Positions 9,193-18,121 of a stretch of 64,000 bases of DNA are shown piece by piece. Position 1 is the stretch's first letter; each line of letters opens with the position of its first letter. The notes below the pieces were generated by a model. It was not told the origin of the DNA. It saw only the letters and a list, made by a program, of their open reading frames with translations, and ran no database searches. This stretch comes from an uncultured virus (IMG/VR IMGVR_UViG_3300037840_000439) (Duplodnaviria > Heunggongvirae > Uroviricota > Caudoviricetes), in IMG/VR virus record IMGVR_UViG_3300037840_000439; one strand, given 5' to 3'. The position numbers and the translations under genes were made by a program.

Positions 9193-10083
9193 TTACCTCT
9201 TTCGTCGTTTTTGCCGCCTCGGTGTTGGCGTTCGTGGCTTACGTGGTGGCTTGGGGTCGAGCGAAACAAGCACATAGATGAGAGCAGCAAATAGTCCAGC
9301 CGTCGCGACAGTACGAACGATTGGTGAGGCGTACCATGGGGCAGGTGGCGGTGGATTGATTGGCTCCAATCGAACCCAGCGCCTTGGCTGTGGCAATGGG
9401 GGTGGTTCTTCAACTTCCGGCGGCGGGTCTATGAAGACAACCTGCGCCGGTTTGGGCTTCTTCGGTTCTTGCGGCACAGCTCCGGCGGCCGATAGCTCCG
9501 GTCGCCGGGTGGTCGTGATCTCCGGAATCGATGGCGCTCCCGGCTTCGTGCGCGCAATACCCTGTCCCGCACGCACCCGTGCGCCATCTGCAACCATTGT
9601 CATGCCAACGTCGGCATACAGATAACGGGTTCCGTCGTCGCCCGTGAGTATGATTGACGTGCGCCCCTTGGCGTCAATTATCGTCTCAATAACGCCGTCA
9701 GCGAGCGCCTTGACGACAGCGCCTTGGGGCGGCGTGGTGTACATCATGGCAAAGTCGGCAACTTCTTCGGGAAGCGGCCGAGGCGGCGTGATGTACGTCA
9801 GAGTCAGGTTAGCGGCTTCGTCTTCGCATTCCTCGAACGGAATTACCCACTGCGGCAGCCACGCTGGTGGTACGTAGAGATCACTAGGAATGAAGACAGC
9901 GTTGCCGCCGCCACGAGAGACAGGAGGGGGCCGCGGTGGACGAGGTGGCGACGGCGGAACAGGCGGTACGGGCGCCGTCCCCGGGAAGGGAATCGCGTCC
10001 TTGTCCCACCAACCGGCGACGTTGCCGGAGACGTCCCACCACGTGGTCGCAAAGCCGTCGGTGTCAAAGTCGCCGAGCGGCAT
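9193..10083 (-). CDS. Pro-rich protein with degenerate M23-like domain and C-terminal TM anchor
   Basis: VKALADGVI...DGTRYLYAD...VADGARVRAGQGIA (M23/hybrid-motif pattern without HxH); TM VATAGLFAALIYVLV and basic tail. Confidence 0.6.
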   Translation of the reverse strand: MPLGDFDTDGFATTWWDVSGNVAGWWDKDAIPFPGTAPVPPVPPSPPRPPRPPPVSRGGGNAVFIPSDLYVPPAWLPQWVIPFEECEDEAANLTLTYITPPRPLPEEVADFAMMYTTPPQGAVVKALADGVIETIIDAKGRTSIILTGDDGTRYLYADVGMTMVADGARVRAGQGIARTKPGAPSIPEITTTRRPELSAAGAVPQEPKKPKPAQVVFIDPPPEVEEPPPLPQPRRWVRLEPINPPPPAPWYASPIVRTVATAGLFAALIYVLVSLDPKPPRKPRTPTPRRQKRRKR

Positions 10084-10099
10084 GGTTGCCTAGTCTACA

Positions 10100-10348
10100 T
10101 CAGGAAGTTGCGGCTTTTTTCGATGTAACCGGCGGCACGTCAGGCGTGTCGATGGTGACCGTTACCGTGGCGTGCGCGTTGCAACGGTTGCAGATGACGG
10201 CACACTCCAGCAAGTCGTGGTTGAACGGGCTTACTGATGGCAGGTCCCAGCGGTGACCCTTGAGCGCGCACCACTTCTTTTTCAGTGCGACCTCTTCTGC
10301 GAGAAGCAGGGCTTCTCCTTTCGCGATCTCTTCCTTGCTGGCGGCCAT
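10100..10348 (-). CDS. Hypothetical protein (Cys/His motif)
   Basis: CALKGHRW...CNRC. Confidence 0.6.
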   Translation of the reverse strand: MAASKEEIAKGEALLLAEEVALKKKWCALKGHRWDLPSVSPFNHDLLECAVICNRCNAHATVTVTIDTPDVPPVTSKKAATS

Positions 10349-10351
10349 GGT

Positions 10352-10501
10352 TCACTCTTTCCTGGCGAGGTGGCGGGCCAGTTCCCGAACAAGCTCGGCA
10401 AGCTCAGCGACCTCGACAGCCGCAGCATACGACGACTTGCGCTTGTCGATCTCCTTTCGGATCTTCTCGGCTTTCGCCTCGATCTCTTCGAGTAAATTCA
10501 C
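10352..10501 (-). CDS. Small coiled-coil protein (49 aa)
   Basis: Manual translation MNLLEEIEAKAEKIRKEIDKRK...; GTGA overlap with the upstream stop; fills the gap exactly. Confidence 0.6.
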   Translation of the reverse strand: MNLLEEIEAKAEKIRKEIDKRKSSYAAAVEVAELAELVRELARHLARKE

Positions 10502-11205
10502 TTCGTTGGCTCAGGCGGTGGAAGAGGAAGTTTCTTGAGCTTCGCCATCCAATCGATCGTCACGTTCCAATAGTGATGGAAGCGCATAGATTGCACCTCG
10601 GCGCTGCGAAGCGACTCCTCTTGAGGGAGAGAGTGCGTTACGTCGACCCCGAAGTTGCACCCGATGCGGTAGTGCTGAAGACCGTTCATCTTGCGCCAGT
10701 CGTGAGCAAGGTAAAGGAAGGTCTCTTGCATGAAGAAACGCCTGTGTGTCGGATCCCAGAAGGCGCGGTTGCTGCGTCCGCTAGGGACAATGATGTGCAT
10801 CCAGCAGTCGGGCTTGAGGATGCGGTAGCACTCGTCCATGAAGGCGAAGAACATATCGGCGCCGACGTAACGCTTCACGTCGTCTGGCGAAACTTCGTGC
10901 GGCTTCGCTCCTTCGGACCACGGCATGATGTCGCGCAGCTCGACTTCGCGTGCTGGCACGTGCTCCAGCAAGTGCGACGCATGTAGCTCGTCGACCGAGT
11001 TGTCCTCGAAGGGCCACGGGAACTTGAAGAGGTCAACGACGTGTTTGGCGACCCCGCCGCGCACGTCGACTCCTTCGAAGCCTTCCTTGGGGTTAAGGCC
11101 GCAGCCGAGGTCTAGTTTACGCTCTATGGCGCGTGGAGCAGCTTCAACGAGTATCGGTGATGTTGACACGTTCTCTTTTTTACGCGCGGATGACTTCTTG
11201 CTCAT
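10498..11205 (-). CDS. Class I SAM-dependent methyltransferase
   Basis: LDLGCG, WPFEDNSVD, SHLLEH, ECYRILKP, DPTH. Confidence 0.9.
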   Translation of the reverse strand: MSKKSSARKKENVSTSPILVEAAPRAIERKLDLGCGLNPKEGFEGVDVRGGVAKHVVDLFKFPWPFEDNSVDELHASHLLEHVPAREVELRDIMPWSEGAKPHEVSPDDVKRYVGADMFFAFMDECYRILKPDCWMHIIVPSGRSNRAFWDPTHRRFFMQETFLYLAHDWRKMNGLQHYRIGCNFGVDVTHSLPQEESLRSAEVQSMRFHHYWNVTIDWMAKLKKLPLPPPEPTK

Positions 11206-11214
11206 AACTACCTC

Positions 11215-12006
11215 TCAGTAGACAATTTTGGTTGCAGAATCCATGTGGCCTACTCTTACGCGCATGTCTGTTGCGAATTTCTTTCCAGCACGTACGGCGC
11301 GCTCACAGAAGAATAGATCCTGCGTGAATCCAACAACGCCCTTGCCTTCTACGACGTCGGACACCGTGACGTACCAAGGCTTCGGAATTGTGCGAAACAG
11401 GTCCATCCGCCAGAGTCCACATCCCATCGCAATTCCGTTAACTGGCATGATCTGACCAGCGACGAGTGCCTCGCGGATGTCGCGTGGTCGGAAGTCAAGG
11501 ACGCCGGTACGTGCGTATTCCGATGGATCTCCGTAAGCCATTGGAGCGTTCATGTCTCCTTTAGTGAAGTAGAGCCCAGAAACAGCATCGTAGTTGCCCC
11601 ACTCAATTGACTCAAGGAGACGAATCTGCGCATCGGGCGGCGGGAGGTTGTCGTCCTCCAGCGTCATCACGTACTTCCACTTCGACAGCTCAGGGTGTGC
11701 CAAGATCATCTCTATCATTGCGTTATACGCCTGGCCAACTTCATGCCCCGAGGCAAAAAGGATCGCGCGTTTTTGGTTCATTGGTGCAATGAGCCCGAGC
11801 AGCTTGGAAACCACGACGTCAGGTATTGTTCCTCGCGTCGGGATTACGATAACGGTCGATGCGTCCTTGTAGGTAGAGCCCACAATATGTTCGACGCGTT
11901 CAAACCCTAGACCAGCCGACTTAACCTGCTCAACGACATCTGCAATGGAGGTCATACCGTTTGTCGCTCTTGAGACCGAGGACTTTTTCTCTACGCGCTT
12001 CTTCAC
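11215..12006 (-). CDS. GT-A fold (GT2-like) glycosyltransferase
   Basis: VIVIPTRG, YVMTLEDD, GMGC-type motif AMGCGL, QDLFFC, VGH; start reassigned to GTG 12006. Confidence 0.8.
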   Translation of the reverse strand: MKKRVEKKSSVSRATNGMTSIADVVEQVKSAGLGFERVEHIVGSTYKDASTVIVIPTRGTIPDVVVSKLLGLIAPMNQKRAILFASGHEVGQAYNAMIEMILAHPELSKWKYVMTLEDDNLPPPDAQIRLLESIEWGNYDAVSGLYFTKGDMNAPMAYGDPSEYARTGVLDFRPRDIREALVAGQIMPVNGIAMGCGLWRMDLFRTIPKPWYVTVSDVVEGKGVVGFTQDLFFCERAVRAGKKFATDMRVRVGHMDSATKIVY

Positions 12007-12176
12007 TTCTTTGTCTCCTTGTCGAGAACTTGGAGCCCCTTGAGGAGAGCGAGCCTTGCTACTGCATGCGGTGTCGTGGCTGGCATCTTCGCCGAGACAC
12101 TTACGAGGAGCTTGTACAGCTCGTCGCTTAGTCGCATTGACATCATTCGTTCTCCGGCGGCCTCGATCTTCTTCAC
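12003..12176 (-). CDS. Ribbon-helix-helix-like protein
   Basis: Not in the track. Manual translation ...RMMSMRLSDELYKLLVSVSAKMPATTPHAVARLALLKGL; stop overlaps the next GTG. Confidence 0.6.
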   Translation of the reverse strand: MKKIEAAGERMMSMRLSDELYKLLVSVSAKMPATTPHAVARLALLKGLQVLDKETKK

Positions 12177-12215
12177 GAGACCCGTTGTAGCTCACCGGGT
12201 CTCGCTACGTCAAGA

Positions 12216-13694
12216 TCAAGTGCCCTGGAAGACGATGTACGGCATCTCGGCCGCCGTGGCGCCCGTACGGATGTAGCTCGCCGTGTTCGAGATCCCGAAG
12301 GATGTCGGCAGCGCGTTCGTGGTCGCCTGCGAGTAGCCAGGCAGCATGAGCGTGCTCATGGCGGCCACTTGGCCGCTCGAAATCTGCGGCTGCTGCGGCA
12401 CGCCGTAGACAGACACGGACGCAGAGCCCTGCGTCGAGACCCACCACGCGAAAAGATAAGGACCTGGCGTGAGCGCCCAGCTCGCAAGGGACATCTGCTG
12501 GTAGTTGATGCCGGTGTTGCTCGAAAGTGGAGCACCGCTCGTCCAGGTCAGATTCGTCGAGCCTGAGCTGGCCAGACTGAGCGTCGAGACGTTAAGCGTG
12601 TAGAGCGCTGCACTGACGCTGAGCCCTCCGGACACGTTGCTTGAGTGATTGGAAACCGACGCAAGCCACAGGAGGTTCGTGACCGTAATGCAATAGGGCA
12701 CAATAACCGGCTCGAAGAAGAGCGTGTTCTGGCCGCCAGTGAGTGCCGTGGCGGGAAAGCCGTTGCTCCAGCTCTGGATGCCACCGTTCTGTGCCGTGAC
12801 GGTGGCGACGCTCGCACCGGTGGACAGACCGAACGAGACACCGTTCGCGTTGGCAAACGTGACGGCGGTGAGGCTGTTCGAGGTCGTCCCGGCCGAGAGG
12901 TTGAGGCCGCCCGCCACAACGCTCGCGGTCACGATCGAGCTGTTTGACATCCCGAACGTCACGCCGTTGCTGTTCGAGAAGACGACCGTGCCGCCTGTAG
13001 CTGTCTGCGTTCCTGCCGCAATCGCGCCGAGATCGGCCGCAGAAGCTGTGACGTTCGTTCCGTCAAACCCGAAGACGATGTTGTTCGAGTTTGCGAAGGT
13101 GATGGCGGAGATGTTGCTGCTACTGAAGCCCGCCGACACGTTCATGAGAGCGAGCGCCGTGAGGACGCTCGAATTGCTTAGCCCGAACGAGACGTTGTTG
13201 CTGTTCGCAAGCGAGACGTTAGGCCCGGTCGCGGTTTGCGTCCCAGCCCAGATTTCGAGGATCCCACCACCGCCGCCACCGCCAGCTACAGCGACTTGGA
13301 TCTTACCGGCGGTATCGTACACGACCCAACCGTTGCCGTCCGTGTTGTACTCAAGCACCCATCCGGCTTGCAGGACGAAACCTGGAACAAAGACTGGGAC
13401 AGTGGTCGTCCCGTCGAGGTGCTGGACCGTCACAGCACACGACGAGCTTGATGTGTTCGTGATGAGCAGAAACTTGACGTTGCGGTCCGTGTTCGCCGAA
13501 GGGCTTGGAACAACCGTGGTCGGCGTCAGCGTGGTGATGACGGTGTTCTTGCCGCCACCTATGGCCCCCTGGGGCGACGTCGGCGGCAGTATGTTCGGAG
13601 ATAGATCCGTCCACGACGCTTGAACCGTGATCGCGTTGACGGGGCTACCGGCAACGACCTGGATCAGGCTGGAGGTGTTGGAGAGGTTGAGCAC
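12216..13694 (-). CDS. Ser/Thr/Gly-rich beta-repeat fibre/spike protein
   Basis: Four repeats like AGTQTATGGTVVFSNSNGVTFGMSNSSIVTA, then a C-terminal beta-rich domain. Confidence 0.7.
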   Translation of the reverse strand: MLNLSNTSSLIQVVAGSPVNAITVQASWTDLSPNILPPTSPQGAIGGGKNTVITTLTPTTVVPSPSANTDRNVKFLLITNTSSSSCAVTVQHLDGTTTVPVFVPGFVLQAGWVLEYNTDGNGWVVYDTAGKIQVAVAGGGGGGGILEIWAGTQTATGPNVSLANSNNVSFGLSNSSVLTALALMNVSAGFSSSNISAITFANSNNIVFGFDGTNVTASAADLGAIAAGTQTATGGTVVFSNSNGVTFGMSNSSIVTASVVAGGLNLSAGTTSNSLTAVTFANANGVSFGLSTGASVATVTAQNGGIQSWSNGFPATALTGGQNTLFFEPVIVPYCITVTNLLWLASVSNHSSNVSGGLSVSAALYTLNVSTLSLASSGSTNLTWTSGAPLSSNTGINYQQMSLASWALTPGPYLFAWWVSTQGSASVSVYGVPQQPQISSGQVAAMSTLMLPGYSQATTNALPTSFGISNTASYIRTGATAAEMPYIVFQGT

Positions 13695-13813
13695 CGGGAA
13701 TCGCTCCCGAGGTTACACCACCTCGGCTACGGCCACATTGGATTCGTCCACTCGTACATGCCGAGGGGTAGAGCAAGAGAGCAGCCAGGTCGCTTCGCTG
13801 GCTATAAGCGATC

Positions 13814-14185
13814 TTACGGTCCTCCATCACGCCAGCGAACGCACTCGTGGTTTGCCATCCCGAACGCGTACTCCACACAATCGCTCACGCATGCTGCCCG
13901 GCACCTATCCTCCTCCTCGAAGAGCGCCTGGATCGTGGCCGCATCAACTGGCCCACGATGCGCGAGTATGTGGTTCGTGTCGCGGTCGAGCGTCCGGTCG
14001 CACGCCCACCGACAACGATCGACGGGCGTGGACGGAGTCGACGAGAACGGCACGCTGTCGGAGGAGGAGCGGCTGCATCCGAGGAGCGCGAGGAGAAGTG
14101 CTACTCGGACCACGCGCGTGAGAGCATGGCGCAGCGTGGCAACCTCGTGCAATACACGGGCGAGATCGGCTACTATGGGTAACAA
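13814..14185 (-). CDS. Cys-rich lipoprotein-like protein (start uncertain)
   Basis: Lipobox-like ALLLALLGC; multiple Cys. Confidence 0.5.
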   Translation of the reverse strand: MLPIVADLARVLHEVATLRHALTRVVRVALLLALLGCSRSSSDSVPFSSTPSTPVDRCRWACDRTLDRDTNHILAHRGPVDAATIQALFEEEDRCRAACVSDCVEYAFGMANHECVRWRDGGP

Positions 14186-14637
14186 GGAGTAATTCCGGGT
14201 TGATCATAGGGATGTTACCGAACTCGCGAACGGGTAATGCGTCTGTCAAAATGGCATGATTGAACGCGTGCATCTTGAAAGTAACGAAGTCAACAACGAT
14301 ACCTCGGAAAAGTAAGTGACAGACCTTGAAGACACGATCCTCTTCGAGTGCTTGATCGGGCGGCGATGGTAGCGCCCAGTCTGGCTTTGCTTCATTGTCG
14401 CGAACGCGCTGATATGCGCGTATAAAGCTTGGCCCAGAAACAGCTAGATCGAAGTCGTCTGTGTGTTTTCCGAGCCCATAGGATCTGAGCAAGACCACCA
14501 ATGATGGCGAGCGGTTTTCCGCCAATTAGCGATTGTGCGTTGTTGGTAACGTCGATCAGACGTATAGGTGGCTTTCCAAGAGTGTCGCGACTTGCACTAA
14601 TACTTCGCAGGACTTCGTTAGGGGAGAGGGCGTACAT
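14170..14637 (-). pseudogene. Frameshifted Pol-beta-superfamily nucleotidyltransferase (3' end approximate)
   Basis: LAIIGGLAQILWAR in ORF 14392..14637 continues as KHTDDFDLAV...VVDFV...INPELLL in ORF 13944..14525; frames switch at CGGAAAACACACAGAC (about 14457-14472). Confidence 0.6.
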
Positions 14638-14970
14638 GGCGTTGCTCTTTAATCGCGAGGTCCCTTCGCTTTTTTCATCACTTCGAGACCAAGCTCCACT
14701 GCGGCACGAAGAACTTCGGTGCGTGTTTGGACGAGCGGTGCCGCTCTTACCCTAGTCGTCTCCACACACCGCTCGACACCGATCCTCTTCGGCGAAGAGC
14801 ACCTGAAGTGCTGCAACGTCCACAGGCCCACGATGCGCGAGTACTCGATCCGTCTTGCGGGAGAGGTCGCAGACCCAACAACATCGATCGGCAGCTGTAG
14901 ACGGAGTAGGCGAAACCCGTGCGACGTCCGACGAGCGGCTGCCCGAAGAACATAAGAAGAAACCAGGCTT

Positions 14971-15255
14971 TCACCACGGCGGAGGTGCAGCGACACTGCT
15001 CGCCGCAGGTGACGGATGCCACTGAGCGCCAAGTGCGTGTCTGCTCTCTACTGCTTGACCCCACTCCTGAAGCTCTTCCTTCGAACACGAAACGGTGTGC
15101 GGTGTTCCGTCGGCCGCCGTGAACGTGAGAAGCATGCACGCGTCGTTGAGCACGCTAACGACCTTGCACGCAACGGGTGCTACCACAGCGAGCTGCGCGC
15201 AGCCGAACCCGAGGACCGCGGTGAAAACGAGGATCCTAAGCTGGCTGACGCGCAT
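14971..15255 (-). CDS. Lipoprotein
   Basis: Signal and lipobox-like VFTAVLGFGC; TAGGCT 7 nt upstream. Confidence 0.7.
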   Translation of the reverse strand: MRVSQLRILVFTAVLGFGCAQLAVVAPVACKVVSVLNDACMLLTFTAADGTPHTVSCSKEELQEWGQAVESRHALGAQWHPSPAASSVAAPPPW

Positions 15256-15273
15256 GCTCTAGAGCCTACCACC

Positions 15274-15747
15274 TTAGGGGTTGCCGGCTAGCTGTGTTGC
15301 TGGCGGTGACGGAAGAGGGTGCGACGCGAACCAGACACGTGCGGGCTCAGTCCGATGGGCAACCATGTCCGGACACGGGTGCCACTGACTGCATCCGCAG
15401 TAGCCCTCGATACCCTGAACGCGCAGACGGCGAAGCGCCTCCTTGGCACCACGTGCCTGCCATTCCTCGAGTTGGATCTTGGTCGACTCTTTGAAGGGCA
15501 TAATTTGGAACGCCCCACGCTCGCCCGCAGGACCGCGGGCCTTGCGCTCCCAGCCCGACTCGTACGCCACGATGTTCTCGAGCTTGAGCGACTCGATGGG
15601 GGTGGCGTCGGTAGAAAGAATGTCCGCGGTGATCGCGCTCATTTCGCGCAGCCGATGAAGCTGCTTCCGCGGAGGAGCGCCCATGTCCGCGTGAGCCGGC
15701 GTGTGCGGCCAAAGAGAGATGACAAACAGCATGAGGTAGGTCCACAT
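15274..15747 (-). CDS. Lytic transglycosylase (SLT-like) with N-terminal signal/anchor
   Basis: IVAYESGW...ARGPAGERGAFQIMP; start reassigned to MWTYLMLFVISLW (TAGGGT 7 nt upstream). Confidence 0.75.
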   Translation of the reverse strand: MWTYLMLFVISLWPHTPAHADMGAPPRKQLHRLREMSAITADILSTDATPIESLKLENIVAYESGWERKARGPAGERGAFQIMPFKESTKIQLEEWQARGAKEALRRLRVQGIEGYCGCSQWHPCPDMVAHRTEPARVWFASHPLPSPPATQLAGNP

Positions 15748-15857
15748 GGCGCGGACCCTACCCCGCAAGCGTTCCGCGAGCCAAGCGCGAATCTGTGGGG
15801 ATCCGATTCTTCTTGACACCTTTCACGTCGCAGACCGTTCCGTGGTAAAAGAGACTC

Positions 15858-16562
15858 ATGAGCCCCAAAACCCGCGCCCTCGTCGTCCTCTACGGCACCA
15901 TCTTGGTGCTCGCTGTCCCCGGCCTTGCTGTCGTCTTCGGTACCGCAGGCCACACCCAGATCGCTGCTGTCTTGACGATCGCTGGCGCCTCGATCGGTGT
16001 CATCTACCACGCCTACCAGACGGCGATCAGCCAGCTGAAGGACGGTGACGGTAACACCGGAAGCGGAGCCACGAAGCTCGGCGGCAAGTCGGTTCCACCT
16101 CCGGGGCCTGCCGTTTCGCCGTTCCGGACGATGCCAATAGATGTGCCGGCATTTGCTCGACCTACGTTCCGATTTTTCCGTGGCTTAATCGTCAACAAGA
16201 TTGCCGACAGTGTGGCGGCCCTGACGATCATGATCGTAATCGTCACGATCGTTGTCGGTGACATAGGGTGCTCTTGGTTTAAGGCTAACGGTCCCACCGT
16301 CGTCACCGACGTGGCACAGATCACCAACTGCGTGATCGCGGCGGTCGACGCCGGTAACCCGGACGGCGGCTCTGTGAACCTCACGGAGGTTGCGTCCGCG
16401 TGCGGCGCCAGCACAGTCGACGCCGTCATTCAGATTCTCGATCAGACACTCACTAGCGAGCAGGCAAGCGCCACCCTGAACGTCGCCCGGATCGTCAAGC
16501 TCAAGGCTCTCGGTGCCGACGCGTCCCGTGCGAAGCTTGTTCGCGACGGTGGTGCACAGTGA
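15858..16562 (+). CDS. Multi-TM membrane protein (holin-like N-terminus)
   Basis: Two N-terminal TM helices and a third ending DIGC; contains DAGNPDGG. Confidence 0.6.
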   Translation: MSPKTRALVVLYGTILVLAVPGLAVVFGTAGHTQIAAVLTIAGASIGVIYHAYQTAISQLKDGDGNTGSGATKLGGKSVPPPGPAVSPFRTMPIDVPAFARPTFRFFRGLIVNKIADSVAALTIMIVIVTIVVGDIGCSWFKANGPTVVTDVAQITNCVIAAVDAGNPDGGSVNLTEVASACGASTVDAVIQILDQTLTSEQASATLNVARIVKLKALGADASRAKLVRDGGAQ

Positions 16563-17551
16563 TTGTCGTCCCCTCGGCTGTGGAGATGAGACAGTTCGGC
16601 GGCGGCTTCGTCGGAGACGCTATCGCACACCCGCCGCAGGAGCACACAGACCTCTACGGCAAGCACCCGCTCTTTCTTGGTGCTGACAGCCCCTCGACAC
16701 CCCCCACGTGTGACTGGGCGTCCTTGCTCCCGAAAGTCGGCGGCATCCGCAACCAGGGCCAGACGGAAGCGTGTGTACCGTTCACCTTCGTGGAGGTACT
16801 CGCGCTCGCAGCCGTCGGTCAAGGACTCTACGACACGCTCGAGCTCTCACCGAGTCTGGCGTACCTCGGAACACTTCTCGAAACGAACCGCCAGAGTGGG
16901 CTTCCGCCGAACACTCCGCTTCAGCCGGTTGGAACGCAGCCAACGATGTGCGTCTCATCGCTTGCACGCATGGGCGTTGGGCTCGAAGCGGTGCGGCCGT
17001 TTTCACAGGACCCGAACGTCCTCCTAGCGCCGGAGACAATCGCACAGGCGGGGGACGCTTCGTCACGCATCGCGCTTGCTATCACGGCGTACGCCCTGAT
17101 GGGCGCTGCGGCGGGGGCAGGCCGGATTCTGGCCGTGTGTCAGGGGATCTCGGCCTACAAAGGGTCGGCGATCCCTTGTGCGCTCAGCGTGGATGCGGCG
17201 TTCAACAATTGCGATGGCTCATCGGTTCTGCTCGCTCCGGACATGGCCACGTACTCCGGGGGCCACATGACGAGCCTTGCAGGATACGCCACGGTCGTTT
17301 CGACCGAGATGCGCGTGTCGAGCGGTGTGATCACGCCGTACGCCATTCTCAGCAACGACTTCGGGCTCAAAGATCCGTCGGGGTCTCTCAGGATCGGCGA
17401 TACGTGTGCTCGATGCTGGAACCATTGGTCTACTGGCTGGGCATCGGAATCCGATGTTCCTGGGACAGCCTGGGGCGGCCCTGCTTTCATCAACTCGCTC
17501 GCGTGGATGTACCTCGTCAGCGCCACACTTGCTCCCCAGGTGAAGTCATGA
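16559..17551 (+). CDS. Papain-like (C1 family) cysteine peptidase
   Basis: DW...IRNQGQTEACVPF (Q, C), GGHMTSLAGY (H), CWNHWSTGW (N). Confidence 0.85.
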   Translation: MIVVPSAVEMRQFGGGFVGDAIAHPPQEHTDLYGKHPLFLGADSPSTPPTCDWASLLPKVGGIRNQGQTEACVPFTFVEVLALAAVGQGLYDTLELSPSLAYLGTLLETNRQSGLPPNTPLQPVGTQPTMCVSSLARMGVGLEAVRPFSQDPNVLLAPETIAQAGDASSRIALAITAYALMGAAAGAGRILAVCQGISAYKGSAIPCALSVDAAFNNCDGSSVLLAPDMATYSGGHMTSLAGYATVVSTEMRVSSGVITPYAILSNDFGLKDPSGSLRIGDTCARCWNHWSTGWASESDVPGTAWGGPAFINSLAWMYLVSATLAPQVKS

Positions 17552-17838
17552 ACAGCCTTCTCAAGGTCTCGCTCGTGGCTCTCATTCTCGTCGGCTGCCC
17601 GTCGCCCGCCACATCAACACTTGGCTCCGTCGACGCATCCAGCGTCGAGTTGGCGTGTGCCAACCTGGTCGGCGTTGTGCATTGCGCCGACCTTGATGCG
17701 GGGAACTGCGTCCCAGGGCTAACCAACCTCTTCCAGTCAGAAGAGGGTGTGAAACCTGACCTCAACTGCCTAATCAAGGCGAACACGAAGGCGCTCGTGC
17801 GGGTGTGCGCGCCGCAAGGTGTTGAGCCGTGTCTATGA
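17548..17838 (+). CDS. Cys-rich lipoprotein
   Basis: MNSLLKVSLVALILVGC; ATGA overlap with the peptidase stop. Confidence 0.75.
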   Translation: MNSLLKVSLVALILVGCPSPATSTLGSVDASSVELACANLVGVVHCADLDAGNCVPGLTNLFQSEEGVKPDLNCLIKANTKALVRVCAPQGVEPCL

Positions 17839-17872
17839 GCGATGTCTGGGTAGGTACAATGTCTACCAAGCG

Positions 17873-17901
17873 TTGACAACCGATGGTCATGATGGCAAAC
17901 T
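17873..17901 (+). promoter_or_regulatory. Sigma70-like promoter
   Basis: TTGACA-17 nt-CAAACT, 6 nt before ATG 17908. Confidence 0.45.
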
Positions 17902-17907
17902 GAGATC

Positions 17908-18078
17908 ATGATCCGATGGTTCCTGACCGCTCTATTGTTTCACCGCCTGCACCGAATCTGTCACGCCACCACTCCGTGTCGATCCCCTCATCCGCTATTC
18001 GTACGGCGGTCAGCGTGCTTCGACGGTGTGCTGGTGCTCTGCAACGGTTGCGTGGTGCGGGAAGCAGAACCTACGTAA
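17908..18078 (+). CDS. Small hypothetical protein (56 aa)
   Basis: Manual translation MIRWFLTALLFHRLHRIC...LCNGC; avoids the overlap made by track ORF 17916..18152. Confidence 0.4.
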   Translation: MIRWFLTALLFHRLHRICHATTPCRSPHPLFVRRSACFDGVLVLCNGCVVREAEPT

Positions 18079-18121
18079 GCCAGATGGGTTCTCTTCGTGC
18101 GTCGTCTACGTGCAGGAATAG

